A program made the translations under genes and the position numbers. From the NCBI GenBank assembly GCA_002269645.1, contig NIVC01002006.1, positions 124,001-188,000 of the forward strand: DNA of 64,000 bases, written 5' to 3'. Within the stretch, counting starts at the first letter, position 1; every line of letters starts with the position of its first letter. Positions 23,898 to 34,800 of the stretch are shown here, one piece after another. This DNA is from Macrostomum lignano. Lineage: Eukaryota. The notes beneath the pieces are model-generated. The model did no database searches. It was not told the origin of the DNA and worked only from the letters and a program-made list of their open reading frames with translations.

Positions 23898-24830
23898 TAG
23901 GGATTCCAATCCCGGGATCCCGGGATCCCGGGATTGGGGCCAAAAATCCGGGATTTGAATCCCGGGATTTTTTTGGGAATCGAATCCCGGGATTTTTAAT
24001 CCCGGGATTGCAAAAGACCGGGATCGGGATCCCGGGATTTCAAGGCCTTAATCCCGGGATTGGTCCGGGATTAGAACGACCTTTCAATGCCTAAATTAGA
24101 TAATTTAAAGTCTAAACGTTTATTTGAATAATAAAACATTTATTTGTTTTTGCTGTTTCTCAATGAAACGTTAAACATTTGCAAAGCTCCTGTCCTAATT
24201 GAGCTAAAAATTGTTAATGTGAACTGTAAATTATAGATAATTTTAACTTTTTTTTCGTTTTCTACCACGAGACGAGACTGAGGGCCTTTTCATATTGCTT
24301 GCTCTGGTTCCAGAACAAGAACCAATTTGTGAAGTATAAACTTTTTGTCTCCATAACTAGAGGGAGATACGTGCTATAAAGTTTTTATAATTGAATGACA
24401 GTCGCCAAGAAGAAAGTGAAAAATTGTGCTAAGTGAGGCTGTTAAGGCAGTCAAATATTAACAGAGTTTAATAGTTATACTGCTGTTTTTCTTGGAATTC
24501 CGAACCGATTCTGGTTCTGGAATTGGTAATATGAAAAGGCCCTGAGACTCTGAGAGTCGCGAGACCATGACTACTGCACGCGGCACGCCGCACAGTCCGT
24601 CTAGCAATTTAGGGATTCCAATCCCGGGATCCCGGGATCCCGGGATTGGGGCCAAAAATCCGGGATTTGAATCCCGGGATTTTTTTGGGAATCGAATCCC
24701 GGGATTTTTAATCCCGGGATTGCAAAAGCACCGGGATTCCGGGATTTTGAATCCCGGGATTTCAACAGCATCGGGATTTCGGGACTATTCAATCCCGGGA
24801 TTGTAAAATGTCGGGATTTTGGAATCCCTA
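23898..24830. mobile_element. Composite hAT-like non-autonomous element, TIR TAGGGATTCCAA, 8-bp TSD GTTAGAAT
   Basis: TSD at 23890-23897 and 24831-24838; second internal left end at 24610; rich in ATCCCGGGAT palindromes. Confidence 0.85.
24282..24542. mobile_element. PIF/Harbinger-type MITE (TIR GGGCCTTTTCATATT, TSD TGA) nested in the hAT-like element
   Basis: TIRs plus 3-bp TNA TSD; near-identical copy at 51081-51340. Confidence 0.85.
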
Positions 24831-25099
24831 GTTAGAATTTCTCACTAAACTGTTATGGCTAAACTTAGCCTCTCTCCACTCTCAGGGTGCAGAGAAGGCT
24901 ATAAATAAAGTTATTCCAAAACACTGTACATTTGCTATGTACATTCAGTCCTATCGCCTGACCCTTCGTCTGGCTCTGGGGGGAATGAGTGGAGTGAGTG
25001 AGTGGCACAAACAACAGAAAAAGCAGACAAACTTCACATGCTTACAGTTTCTTTTTTGGTTGAGTTACAGAGTTGAAACTTTACATTTAGATAGAGAAT

Positions 25100-25630
25100 G
25101 AGTCAATGAAGAATTGTGTCAAGTTTGAAGTCAATCGCTTTATTTGGAGCAAACTTATGGCAGCTGAAAGTTAGTCAATTTTGAAACCCTTTTACACATC
25201 TATGCCCAGATCGGGATCGAGAAAGAGAGGCAGGCGGGCGGAGGTTGGGGTGGTTGCTACGCTGAAAAAAGCAGCCTAACTTTAAAAGTGCACAGCGCCG
25301 TTCAGGATCAACTTTGAAACTCGAAATTTTACATGATTGTTCCAAAATAGTTGAAGATTATCTGTGTCAAATTTGAAGAGAATCGATAAAAGTGGAACGG
25401 CGCTATGGAGGATTTAGTGAAAAAATCGCGCATTTTGAGCAGTTTTTTGTACTTTTAGGTAGGAAGACTCAAATTTAGGAAATTAAAAGGTAGCCTAAGA
25501 CTTTCTCCGTAGTGAGTTTAGGGTGGGTGTAAAATTTGGTGTCATTTGGTTGAGCGGTTTGGGAGTCCATAGCGATCAAAATTGTCCACACACAGACAGA
25601 CAGAGTTTTGATTTTTATAGGTATAGATTA
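25100..25630. mobile_element. Helentron/DINE-like non-autonomous repeat
   Basis: Repeated TGTGTCAAATTTGAAG.AATCG motifs, ending ...GGTTGAGCGGTTT...CACACACAGACAGACAG...TTTTATAGGTATAGAT. Confidence 0.4.
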
Positions 25631-26989
25631 GATATAAGATACCATACCAGCGCGTAATTAGAGATTACAACGCGGCGAAGTCCCGTCCTGAGCCTGTTTG
25701 GTGACTCATTAGTCCTGAAAATTATAGCAATGTCTTTTTTAAATTCGTGGTCAAGAAAGACATACGTAAAACAAAGTACGTTAGTCACTTTGCTGTAATG
25801 CACAATTTTTTATTTTATTTTAAGTGTTAATAGCCTACTAACGCTATTACGCTGTACCTTAAATATAAGACGCAGTTTAGGCCTAGTTTACAGCTGCTAA
25901 CCAGTGCTACCTATGTTAATTTTAAACTTAATGAATTCAAGGAACATTAAATAACAATTAAAGTTCATCCGCACTTGCACTCTAGGACTTAGTGTTATAT
26001 TCTAGTTTTTACATGTAATATTTCAAGTTGAAATGACAGTAATTTTTAGCATTAGAAAAAATAGAAAAGTTAGGCCCCCCTCTTGAATAGCTCAAGGGCT
26101 TATGATGCATTTATGCTACTTATTTTTATATACACAAGACACTAGGGTTACATTCATATTATTGGCTTGGCTTAACAGTACTTTGGTAAAAAACCAATTG
26201 GCCAAAGTTATTTATATAAGATTTCAAGCATTAGTTTAACTAATGATTCCAGCACCTCTTTTATAAATTAGCACAGTTTGTATATATATCAATTTTGGAT
26301 AATGATTAAATTAATTATCATTTAGGCCTATTAATTAATTTTCAGTTATATCCAGTTTATCTTTTTATATCTAATTCTTATATCTAGTTATGCCACCCAA
26401 CTGAGAATTAAAAGGCCATTGAGCTATTGGTTTGACTGATAGAGGTAGGATAATAAAAGTGAATAAATATTGCCAGTTTCAAAGTCCTTGGAATTTAGGA
26501 CTTAAGCAATACGTATTTGACCTTGGTTCCGCGCGGTAAAAACCATGTCCAATATTGCATTGATATGTGTTGCACATTTCAATGCGGAATTCAATGCGGG
26601 ATTTCCCGCACTAAACTTAACTTGAGTTCTTAAGCCTATTCAATGCGGAATTCAATGTGGGATTTCTCGCACTAAACTCAACTTGAGTTCTTAAGCCTAT
26701 TCAATGTGGAATTCAATGCAGGATTCAATATGGGATTTCCCGCACTAAACTCAACTTGAGTTCTTAAGCCTATTCAATGTGGGATTTAATATGGGATTTC
26801 CCGCACTAAACTCAACTTGAGTTCTTAAGCCTATTCAATGTGGAATTCAATGCAGGATTCAATATGGGATTTCCCGCACTAAACTCAACTTAAGTTCTTA
26901 AGCCTATTCAATGCGGAATTCAATGCGGGATTCAATATGGGATTCAGTGCGGAATTCAACGCTCAAGGCTCAAGTCTTCTTGAAGCGCT

Positions 26990-28430
26990 ATTGGCGCAGG
27001 TGGAGACGGTATAGTGTGACACAGTGGTCGTCCTCGAAGACCTGAACGCAATTTTGCTTAGGTCTGAGCAGTCACTATTTGTGACACCACGCGAGAACAA
27101 CAACACCGAAGCGCTAGAGGACTTCCTGGAGAGACATGACATAGTGTTGGCAGGTTTGCGAACTTGTAGGGCTGCAAGCGAAGGCGGAGGAATGCACGCG
27201 GCCGGGATGCGACACTGAGCCAGGCACAGCTCAATCACGTGCTTGTGCATCTTCGTGAGCGCCGCTGCACCATCAACTGCCGCATTATCACACTGCTGGC
27301 TCTGCAGTCCAACCATAGGCTTTTCGTCTGCAACCTGCGTCTACGCAATCCGCTTTACTGTCCGCCGAAGCGGCCACCACAGAGCTTCTATCATGCACTC
27401 AAGGACACCCAGGGGCGTCGCCATTTCATCAGCGCCTTCGTCAGCGCTTTGCAACAAGTCCAGGCGCATTGAGTATATGCGGAGGTAAGTGCCGCAGTTA
27501 GAGCAACAACACAACAAGTTACACCCCAGAGTCAGCGGTGGGCTTCACAGGGTGCACCTCAGAGCGCGGGAGCGAAGGAAGGCCAGGCCACTGGCTTGGT
27601 CAGGGGCACCAGCATCGGCCAGCAGGCAGTCCGGGTACCGCCGCGTATGCGCCTGCCCACGCCGGAGGGCCGCTGAAAGCGTTAGCCGCAGTGTCTCCTG
27701 CGCCGGCTCGGGGCAGTACATCTCGGCGCGGATAAGGTGGCCTGCCAGCTGGAGCCGACAGCGTCGAAGCAGGTTGCTGGGGCGGGCAAGTCGGGCTCGG
27801 GCATACAGCGCCGCATTGGAGACGTGCTCGCCACCGCCAATCTCGGTCTTCTGGTGGTCAACACGCAGAAGACCTTCGTGCTCACCACGCCATCCAACAT
27901 CCAAGCCGACATCTTCTGCCAAGGCGCCAATGGGCAGGCGGCGCTGCTGCCACGCTGTCAGCAGTTCGTGTACCTTGGTGGTCTGGTGCCCAATGCCTCC
28001 AACAACCTGAGGCGTCGCCGCAGACTCACCCGGGCGGCCTTCAACTCTGTGAGGACTGTCCTACACTCTGCGGCCCTGCCAGACTGCCAGCGCTCAGTGC
28101 AGTTAGAGCAAGCAGTCCCAATGATGCAATCGGCCCAACAAAGGTAGCTGGTCTGGCAGGATAACCCTGCAATGCAAGCGAGGGCAAAGCTGGAGAGGCT
28201 CCGTCTCAGCAGGCGGCCAACCCGCGAGGCGGAGGCTCTGGCAGCTGTCTACCTGCAGCAGCAAAAGGCCGCTATTGATGATGCTATCCAGGCCGTCATC
28301 GACGCTGGACCCGACGCCAAAGGGCCTGGTCCGCCATCAACGCTCTGATGGGCGGAAGCGGCGCATCCCGCTACCTGGCTGGCGACAACTCCAGATGAGC
28401 GCAGAAATGGGCTGGTTGCTCGCAGCAGTA
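26990..28430. pseudogene. Scrambled RTE-like non-LTR retrotransposon fragments
   Basis: + EN motif (VVLEDLNA...ENNNTEALEDFLERHDIVLA; NHRLFVCNL). - strand C-terminus (HVSNAALY...RLQLAGHLIR...RRG) with a TTG-like tail near 27505. + RT end (VNTQKT...FVYLGG...RRRRRLTRAAF), then a + linker (WSAINAL). Confidence 0.7.
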
Positions 28431-28639
28431 AGTACAGCATGCTTGTGAAATATGAGCCAGACTAGGCCTACGAGCTGCAGTCTGCGATGTTTCACACCAG
28501 CTCAACCTCTTTTAGAACAGGCATGGCTGGAGATTCAACCTCCATGCTGCCCTACTAGCCGACCCAGGGGTACACATCCTGCTAGGGCCACATGGACAGA
28601 CTGGGTAATGGCGCCGGTCACCCTTCCGGAGCATTGGCC

Positions 28640-28830
28640 TTTGGCCTTAGTTGTTAAGGGTACAGATTTATCCCGGTGCACTTACCTGTGCGTAACCACC
28701 CTCTCCTCCCTCGTGCTCCCTCGTGGACTACTGCTCTAACTGTAAGTTTGAGCTGCTGGTGGTGGGCGACGTCAATGCCCCAACACTCACTGGGGCAGTA
28801 ATACTTCCAACAGCACAGAGGCCGAGGAAC
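28640..28830 (+). pseudogene. Second APE-endonuclease fragment of a different LINE
   Basis: ELLVVGDVNA.H..WGSN motif, frameshifted. Confidence 0.45.
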
Positions 28831-29105
28831 TCCTTGCTTACCACTGGGGCCCGTGCTATAGAATCAGGAGTTAGGAGTTAGGAGCTAGGACTCAAGAGTA
28901 CTCTTGACAAGGAGTGATTGAATTTTGTGTGCTATAGATTTCAGGAGTTGAGTTAGGAGCTATAGGAGTTCTTGCAAGGAGTGCAGCCTAGGAGTGGGGG
29001 TGTGTTCAAGGAGTGTTGCGCAATTGTTTAAGGATGATAGAGAATTGCCTGCTATATCACAATCCTAACTTTACAGTCCTTAAGGATTGAATCTCAGGAG
29101 TGAGA

Positions 29106-29625
29106 ATGCAAATTGCTCAAAAAATATCATTTGTGAGAGCCGTCGCTGCACGCATAGAGGTTCTCTTTGGTGCATTTAGTACAACCATAACTAAGAATGC
29201 GAAGATTGCTATGTGGCAAGACGTGATATTGGAATGCCATGAAAAGTTTGGCTTTGACCCAACTCTGCAAGGAAAGGACTGGCAATATGTCCGTGACAAA
29301 GTATGGGGAAATATGAAGAGCAATGTGCTGGTAAGTCAAAGTCGCACTACATTATCTTCTACTTTTATATTGACGATTTTTGTTGGCATAATTAATGCCC
29401 CCCCCCTTTCCTGTGTGTAACTACATTGTACACTATCCCCTGCTTCAGCTCAAGCGGGATAAGCTGAAGCAAACTGGAGCTGAGGGCACCATTGCTGGCA
29501 AGTGGACTGAGCTCAAAGCCTGCATCTTAGACATTCTTGGGCATGATTCACCATCTGTGGAAGGACTGGCTATGCTGGAGAGTGTTGCTCAACAACAAAG
29601 CATGCAGGAGCAGCAGCAAAAATAG
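29106..29625 (+). CDS. Myb/SANT-like DNA-binding protein of Harbinger ORF2 type; exons ~29106-29330 and 29449-29625
   Basis: EVLFGAFSTTITKNAKIAMWQDV...KVWGNMKS resembles Myb_DNA-bind_5. Phase-0 intron GTAAGT...TTCAG joins the exons in frame. N-terminus may be truncated. Confidence 0.65.
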
Positions 29626-31805
29626 CTGAGTTTAGTGCGGGAAATCCTGCATTGAATTCCGCATTGAATAGGCTTAAGAACTCAAGTTAAGTTTAGTGCG
29701 GGAAATCCCACATTGAATCCCGCATTGAATTCCGCATTGAATAAGCTTAAGAACTCAAGTTGAATTTAGTGCGGGAAATCCTGCATTGAATTCCGCATTG
29801 AATAGGCTTAAGAATATTAATTATCAATAAAGAAATGAAAATATATTTGGTTAAGTTTGTTTAGAATATATTCATTAATGCTCGATTATTTTTTGCAGAA
29901 AATTCCACATTGAATCCCGCATTGAATTCCGCATTGAAATGTGCAACACATATCAACGCGGTATTTGACGCAATTTTTATCGCACGGAACCAAAGTTGCA
30001 TACGTTAAGCAATAGAGATTTTCAATGCCATGCCCAAGGTGTTTTCAATTTCAAAGGGGAGCTCTTAATATAGGTCAGATGGGATTAAGGTCATTAGATT
30101 GGATTAGGATCCTATCTAACCTCTAGCTCTTAGACTTAAATCCTTATATAGATTTAGGGACTTAAGCAATAAATAGTTTCAATGCCAAATGCAAGATATG
30201 GCTAGGTGATAGGGATTAATGTTAAGATAAATGTTTTCACTTTCAATATAAGGGAAGGTCTTAAGTCCCTGGGGTCAGGATATTAAAGGCTTAAGTTAAG
30301 AGAATTGAAGCCAATGGGGAAACCACCTAGCATTTGCCACTATCAAAGAAGGCTAGATTGCAAAGGAGACTTCTTGGAAACCAACTGATAAGCAAGCCAC
30401 TACTCTCATAGATTTTGGTAAGAATTAGAGATTTTGTTACTTTAATTATAAAGTTACAGTAGTTATTACTTTTGTTACTTAAATATTATAAGAATAGATA
30501 TGAGAAAAAGGGGAGAAGAAAAGAGAATAGAGAGAAAAATGGAAAAGAAAAGAGGGGTGAGGAGAAAGTGAAGATAAAAAGGGCAAAGAAGAGAGACAAA
30601 AAAAGAAAGAAAACAGTCAGAAGGCAATCAAATTGTTATGCATTGAGTACCACAGATGCATTATACAAAACACTATTTATAGCTATATTCCTCATTCCTG
30701 TAGCTATAATAGCTAATAGTGAGAGGTGGCATACTGCAACTACACAAGAAAGTTTAAAAATGGTTATAGATAGTTTATTAGCTATATATTTTAATATAGA
30801 TAGGCTATAGGAAAATAAAATATTGTTATAGATCGTCATAAAGTCGTCATAGTCATCTATCGTCATAGATTCATAGAAGTCCAATCTAATTAAAAACATA
30901 ATTTTATACCAATGTAAAAAGCTGGAATCTAAAAAAAACTTATCAGGGCTTAGAACTATATATTTAGGCTCCTGGTATAATGAATCAAAGGCAGCTTAAA
31001 AAATTGCCATACATTTGATGTATATGGGGTCTTTTGCCTAAAATGCATTCTAGCATGCATATGCCACCTTGACTATTGCATTCTATCTTGCATTAGGTAA
31101 AGACAATTTTGATAGTAAAAGCCCTACTACTTCCTAGAATTCATAGTCAGAAACATTCATCCAAAGTTCCAAACCAAGAAACATGATAGACTATTGCAAT
31201 TTGTCTGTTTATATGCTTTATAAAACTGTTCTATGCTTGCAGTCAAGATCTTTAAATGGAAGCTTTAATAAATAAAAAAAGTTAGTTATGTTTTTACTTT
31301 TCTGTGAAATGCATTTAGTTTTTACTAGCACATTGAGGCTTTGAGCTCCCCATTGTGGGCATTCAAATGCAAAATTCAAATAGATTGCCCATTGAAAGCA
31401 TTAAAATGTCATTTTTTATATTTGAACCATTTCCAATTCAAATTTTTCAATGAAAGAAGTTTGCATGACTGCCCCAAAGAATTGATTTTTTTTAAAGCTA
31501 ATTTGAAATAAAAATTGACCAGATAGTTCTCAAAAAATCAATTACAGAAAGACAGTGCAAAATCTATGTAGGAAATTTAATTTGAAAAGCAGATATATAC
31601 TTAAAATAATATAAGTTTAATTAAATTGAAAGATTGTTTGCTCAGTGGAGTTGGCAGAATGGAAAGTAATGCAATAATGACAGTTGTTTGACAATGTCGC
31701 TTAAAGTGGGCCAGGTTGCTCTCAGCCCCCTGTCTCTAATACAAACATGATCTTACTGTCACACAATAACCATTGTTTACAAAACTGGTTCTTCAGACAG
31801 CTGAC

Positions 31806-34800
31806 ATGCTTGTGCACACTTGGCACAAATCTGGCTCAAGCCTCTGCTCCCTGCCTGCAGCATTGCTGCTATTGGCACTGGCTATTGCGCAACCAGCACT
31901 GCCCATTGTTGCTGCCGCTGCCAAGACTCCAGTGATTCTCATCCCAGGCGATGGCGGCAGCCAGGTTGAGGCCAGACTCGACGGCAAGCCCTGGGTGCCA
32001 CACTACTGGTGCTCCAAGACTACCAAGGATTATTTTCCCATCTGGCTGAACCTCGAGCTGCTCACTTATTTCACTATCGACTGTTTTGTTGACAACTTCC
32101 GATTGCATTTTGACAATGTGACCAACATCAGCCACAATGCGCCTAACGTGAGCATCCGGGTGCCAAACTATGGCGACACAGCCGCAGTGGAGTACTTCGA
32201 TGTGTCCAGGATCTCCGCTAGCGCTTATTTCAGTGGCCTGGTGGCCGCTCTGACCAAGCAGGTGGGATTTTTTCACTTAATTATGCCGCTATGCCACAAT
32301 CCCAATCGCATCTATTTTTGTCTGGCTTGTGAGTACAAGTTGCCCCGGACCATAGGCGTAGGAAGTTAGTAACGGGGAGGACAGTGGGGCCATGCTCCCC
32401 CCCCCACTTTTTGAGTGTCTGCGGCGCCAAAATGAGTGTTTGCGGCGCTAAAATGAGTGACTGCGGCGCTAGAATGAGTGCCTGCAGCGCTATAATGAGT
32501 GCCTGCGGCGCCAAAATGAGTAGAATGAGCGGAATTGCCTCAGCGCTGGCTGTGTGACGATATCGCCAAAGGCGTTGCAACAGGGTGCCTGCAGCCCTAC
32601 TGCGAGTATCTATATCTAACAAGATAATGACAGGCGCTAGTGTTGCCTGTAACAGATAATAAATAACAATTGATTACACCTGCCAGATGTGCAGCAGACA
32701 GCTCAGCCGCAGCTATTGTGCTGTGCATCTGAAGGCTGCGTACGGCTGTTCAGTCCAATGACTGGGGGGGGGGGGGTCGCCTTTACTAAGGGGGGACCCC
32801 TTTTACAGCTGGGGGAACTGAAGAAATTCAGATTTATGTGTCTTGCTCAAGGACACAAATTGTTCCGAGTGGGATGGGGAATCGAACCCCCGACCTTCAA
32901 GTCGTGACTCCGACGCTCTGACCACTAGGCTGCAACCCTCTGTTCCTCTGCTCGCGGCCTCCCAAGCACTAACAGAGTCGCGCACGATCTCTCGCCATTC
33001 GCAGCTGGGCTACACGAGAAACGTGTCAGTCCGAGGCGTCCCGTTCGACTTTCGCCGTTCGCCCCCGGATTTGGACGTGGAAAATTTCGACTCGAACTTG
33101 CTGCAGCTGATCGAGTCCACCTGCCGGGACAACGGCAACAGGCCCGCACTGCTGGTGGCCCACAGCTACGGCAACATTATGGCTCTGCGCTTTCTGCAGC
33201 GCCAATCGGCCGATTGGAAACGGCGCCATATTCGCGCGCTTCTGGCCGTGGGGGCGCCGCTGGGTGGCGCGGTGAAAACTGTGCGAGTGGTGTCCAGCGG
33301 CGATTCGCTCAACATTCCATTTGAAAAGCCGCTCACGGTGAGTCTTGGTTGATTACGGTTTACTAGTGAGGCGCACCAGCTGTTGAACTAATAATGTGCT
33401 GATGGCTTACATTTATGCGTTTGTATCTGGTCTGAAGTACTTGTCTAAGGCGATTAGGTACCTGTCTGTGTCTATGAGGTACCTGTCTGTGGCTATGAGG
33501 TACCTGTGGCTATGAGGTACCTGTCTATATCTATGAGGTACCTGTCTGTGGCTATGAGGTACCTGTCTGTAGCTATGAGGTACCTGTCTGTAGCTATGAG
33601 GTACCTGTCTGTGGCTATGAGGTACCTGTCTGTAGCTATGAGGTACCTGTCTGTAGCTATGAGGTACCTGTCTGTGACTATGAGGTACCTGTCTGTAGCT
33701 ATGAGGTACCTGTCTGTCCATGAGGTACCTGTCTGTGGCTATGAGGTACCTGTCTGTAGCTTTGAGGTACCTGTCTGTGGCAATGAGGTACCTGTCTGTG
33801 ACTATGAGGTACCTGTCTGTGACTATGAGGTACCTGTCTGTGTCTATGAGGTACCTGTCTGTAGCTATGATGTACCTGTCTGTAGCTTTGAGGTACCTGT
33901 CTGTGGCAATGAGGTACCTGTCTGTAGCTATGAGGTACCTGTCTGTAGCTATAAGGTACCTGTCTGTAGCTATGAGGTACCTGTCTGTAGCTATGAGGTA
34001 CCTGTCTGTGTCCATGAGGTACCTGTCTGTAGCTATGAGGTACCTGTCTGTAGCTATGAGGTACCTGTCTATGTCCATGAGCTACCTGTCTGTGGCTATG
34101 AGGTACCTGTCTGTAGCTATGAGGTACCTGTCTGTGGCTATGAGGTACCTGTCTGTAGCTATGAGGTACCTGTCTGTAGCTATGAGGTACCTGTCTGTGA
34201 CTATGAGGTACCTGTCTGTCCATGAGGTACCTGTCTGTGGCTATGAGGTACCTGTCTGTAGCTTTGAGGTACCTGTCTGTGTCCATGAGGTACCTGTCTG
34301 TAGCTATGAGGTACCTGTCTGTAGCTATGAGGTACCTGTCTATGTCCATGAGCTACCTGTCTGTGGCTATGAGGTACCTGTCTGTAGCTATGAGGTACCT
34401 GTCTGTGGCTATGAGGTACCTGTCTGTAGCTATGAGGTACCTGTCTGTAGCTATGAGGTACCTGTCTGTGACTATGAGGTACCTGTCTGTCCATGAGCTA
34501 CCTGTCTGTGGCTATGAGGTACCTGTCTGTAGCTTTGAGGTACCTGTCTGTGGCAATGAGGTACCTGTCTGTGACTATGAGGTACCTGTCTGTGTCTATG
34601 AGGTACCTGTCTGTAGCTATGATGTACCTGTCTGTAGCTTTGAGGTACCTGTCTGTGGCAATGAGGTACCTGTCTGTAGCTATGAGGTACCTGTCTGTAG
34701 CTATGAGGTACCTGTCTGTAGCTATGAGGTACCTGTCTGTAGCTATGAGGTACCTGTCTGTGTCCATGAGGTACCTGTCTGTAGCTATGAGGTACCTGTC

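Larger units (their letters stand above)
26525..29991. mobile_element. ~3.5-kb long-TIR element (probable Harbinger derivative) carrying LINE fragments and a Myb/SANT ORF
   Basis: Ends GGTTCCGCGCGGTAAAAA / TTTTTATCGCACGGAACC. Subterminal arrays of a 60-70 bp unit at 26575-26960 and inverted at 29630-29945. No clean TSD found. Confidence 0.7.

Noticed and set aside
32866-32940. Functional tRNA gene
   Set aside because: No proper acceptor stem or terminator, and it runs directly into a CORE-like domain; it is a SINE head.
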